Part shown: piece after piece, positions 63,008 to 64,000 of the stretch
How the letters are laid out: each line of letters opens with the position of its first letter
Position numbering within the stretch: position 1 is the stretch's first letter
Assembly (NCBI GenBank): GCA_963782055.1
Contig: CAWAIF010000003.1
Location: 2,720,001-2,784,000, forward strand
Length of the DNA stretch: 64,000 nucleotides
Origin: an uncultured delta proteobacterium
GTDB lineage: Bacteria; Myxococcota_A; Polyangia; Polyangiales; Polyangiaceae
Reading direction: 5' to 3'
Translations under genes and position numbers: made by a program
Notes under the pieces: model-generated
Database searches by the model: none
What the model saw: the letters and a program-made list of their open reading frames with translations, nothing else
What the model was told of the DNA's origin: nothing

Positions 63008-64000
63008 TCACCGGCGCCCACGGCCGCGATCGCGGCCGCGGTCACGGTCGCCGTCGCGGCGCGGCGGACGCTCGCCACCGCCCTCGCGGGCGGCCTGCAA
63101 GCGGGCCTTGGCGCGCTCGCCCTCCTCGCCCTCCGGGAAGGGAAGGAGCTCGCGGCGCGAGAGGCGGACCTTGCCGTCGCGGTCCACGCTCAGGACCTTG
63201 ACCTCCACCATGTCCCCCTCCTTCATCACGTCGGTGACCCGCTCGACGCGGGTGTGCGCCATCTCGGAGACGTGCAGGAGGCCGTCGGTGCCGGGGAGGA
63301 TCTCGATGAAGGCGCCGAAGTCGGTGATGCGCTGGACGCTGCCCTTGTAGACCTCGCCCACCTCCGGCTCGGCGGTGAGGCCCTTGATGATGTCGAGGGC
63401 CTTCTTCACCGCGTCGGAGTCGCTGGAGGCGATGTTGACGGTGCCGTCGTCCTCCACGTCGATGGCGACGCCGGTCTGGTCGACGATGCCCTTGATGGTC
63501 TTGCCACCCGGCCCGATGATGACGCGGATTCTGATCCGGCTTGACCTTGATGGTGGTGATGCGCGGCGCGTGCGGCGAGAGCTCCGGGCGCGGCTGCGCG
63601 AGGGTCTCCAGCATCTTGCCCAGGATGAACAGGCGGCCGTCGCGCGCCTGGTTGAGCGCGGTGGCGAGGATCTCCCGGCTGAGGCCGGCGATCTTGATGT
63701 CCATCTGGATGGAGGTGACGCCCTTCGCGGTGCCGCACACCTTGAAGTCCATGTCGCCGAGGTGGTCCTCGTCGCCAAGGATGTCGCTCAGGATGGCGGT
63801 GCGCTTGCCGTCGGAGATGAGGCCCATCGCGATGCCCGCGACCGGCGCCTTGATCGGGACGCCCGCGTCCATGAGGCTCATCGTGCCGCCGCAGACCGCG
63901 GCCATCGACGAGCTGCCGTTGGACTCCAGCGTCTCCGAGACGATGCGGATGGTGTAGGGGAAGTCCGCCTGGTCCGGCATCATGCGCACGAGCGCGCGCT
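63008..64000 (-). CDS. pnp: Polyribonucleotide nucleotidyltransferase, 3' part, apparent +1 frameshift ~63530
   Basis: [22 protein letters not shown] domain ([10 protein letters not shown]), S1 domain (FGAFIEI...GLLHVSE). Confidence 0.95.

Overview
High-GC window whose gene content (many Cys-rich lipoproteins, Ser/Thr kinase-TPR, IgGFc-binding proteins) suggests a myxobacterium of the Polyangiaceae type; this is an inference. Positions ~23-64 kb are mostly ordinary chromosome: kinase, RluA-RlmI-like fusion, serA-like, M1 peptidase, transporters, adenylate cyclase, S1 protein, pnp. That region also holds one group II intron inserted exactly at a start codon. The notable part is an accessory island at ~5.0-22.8 kb. 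A 97-bp unit (repeat A) occurs four times in direct orientation. It is the downstream end of a decayed ISCR/IS91-like HUH transposase gene, ends in an oriIS-like motif and contains a 28-bp dif/Xer-like site. The copies separate unrelated, often truncated, partly lower-GC cargo: two Rhs toxin-immunity modules, a Sel1 protein, lipoproteins, a BNR-repeat fragment and a second HUH transposase. Cargo joins fall at C-R-C-Y tetranucleotides, which looks like an iterative gene-capture array. Two copies are interrupted at the same base of the dif-like site by a tyrosine recombinase + Y2 transposase element whose rejoined ends would fold into a CTX-phage/attC-like single-stranded hairpin. A second ~121-bp repeat (B) brackets another cassette. 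Single-base frameshifts in conserved genes (pnp, S1 protein) suggest sequencing indel errors, so frameshift-only pseudogene calls are uncertain.
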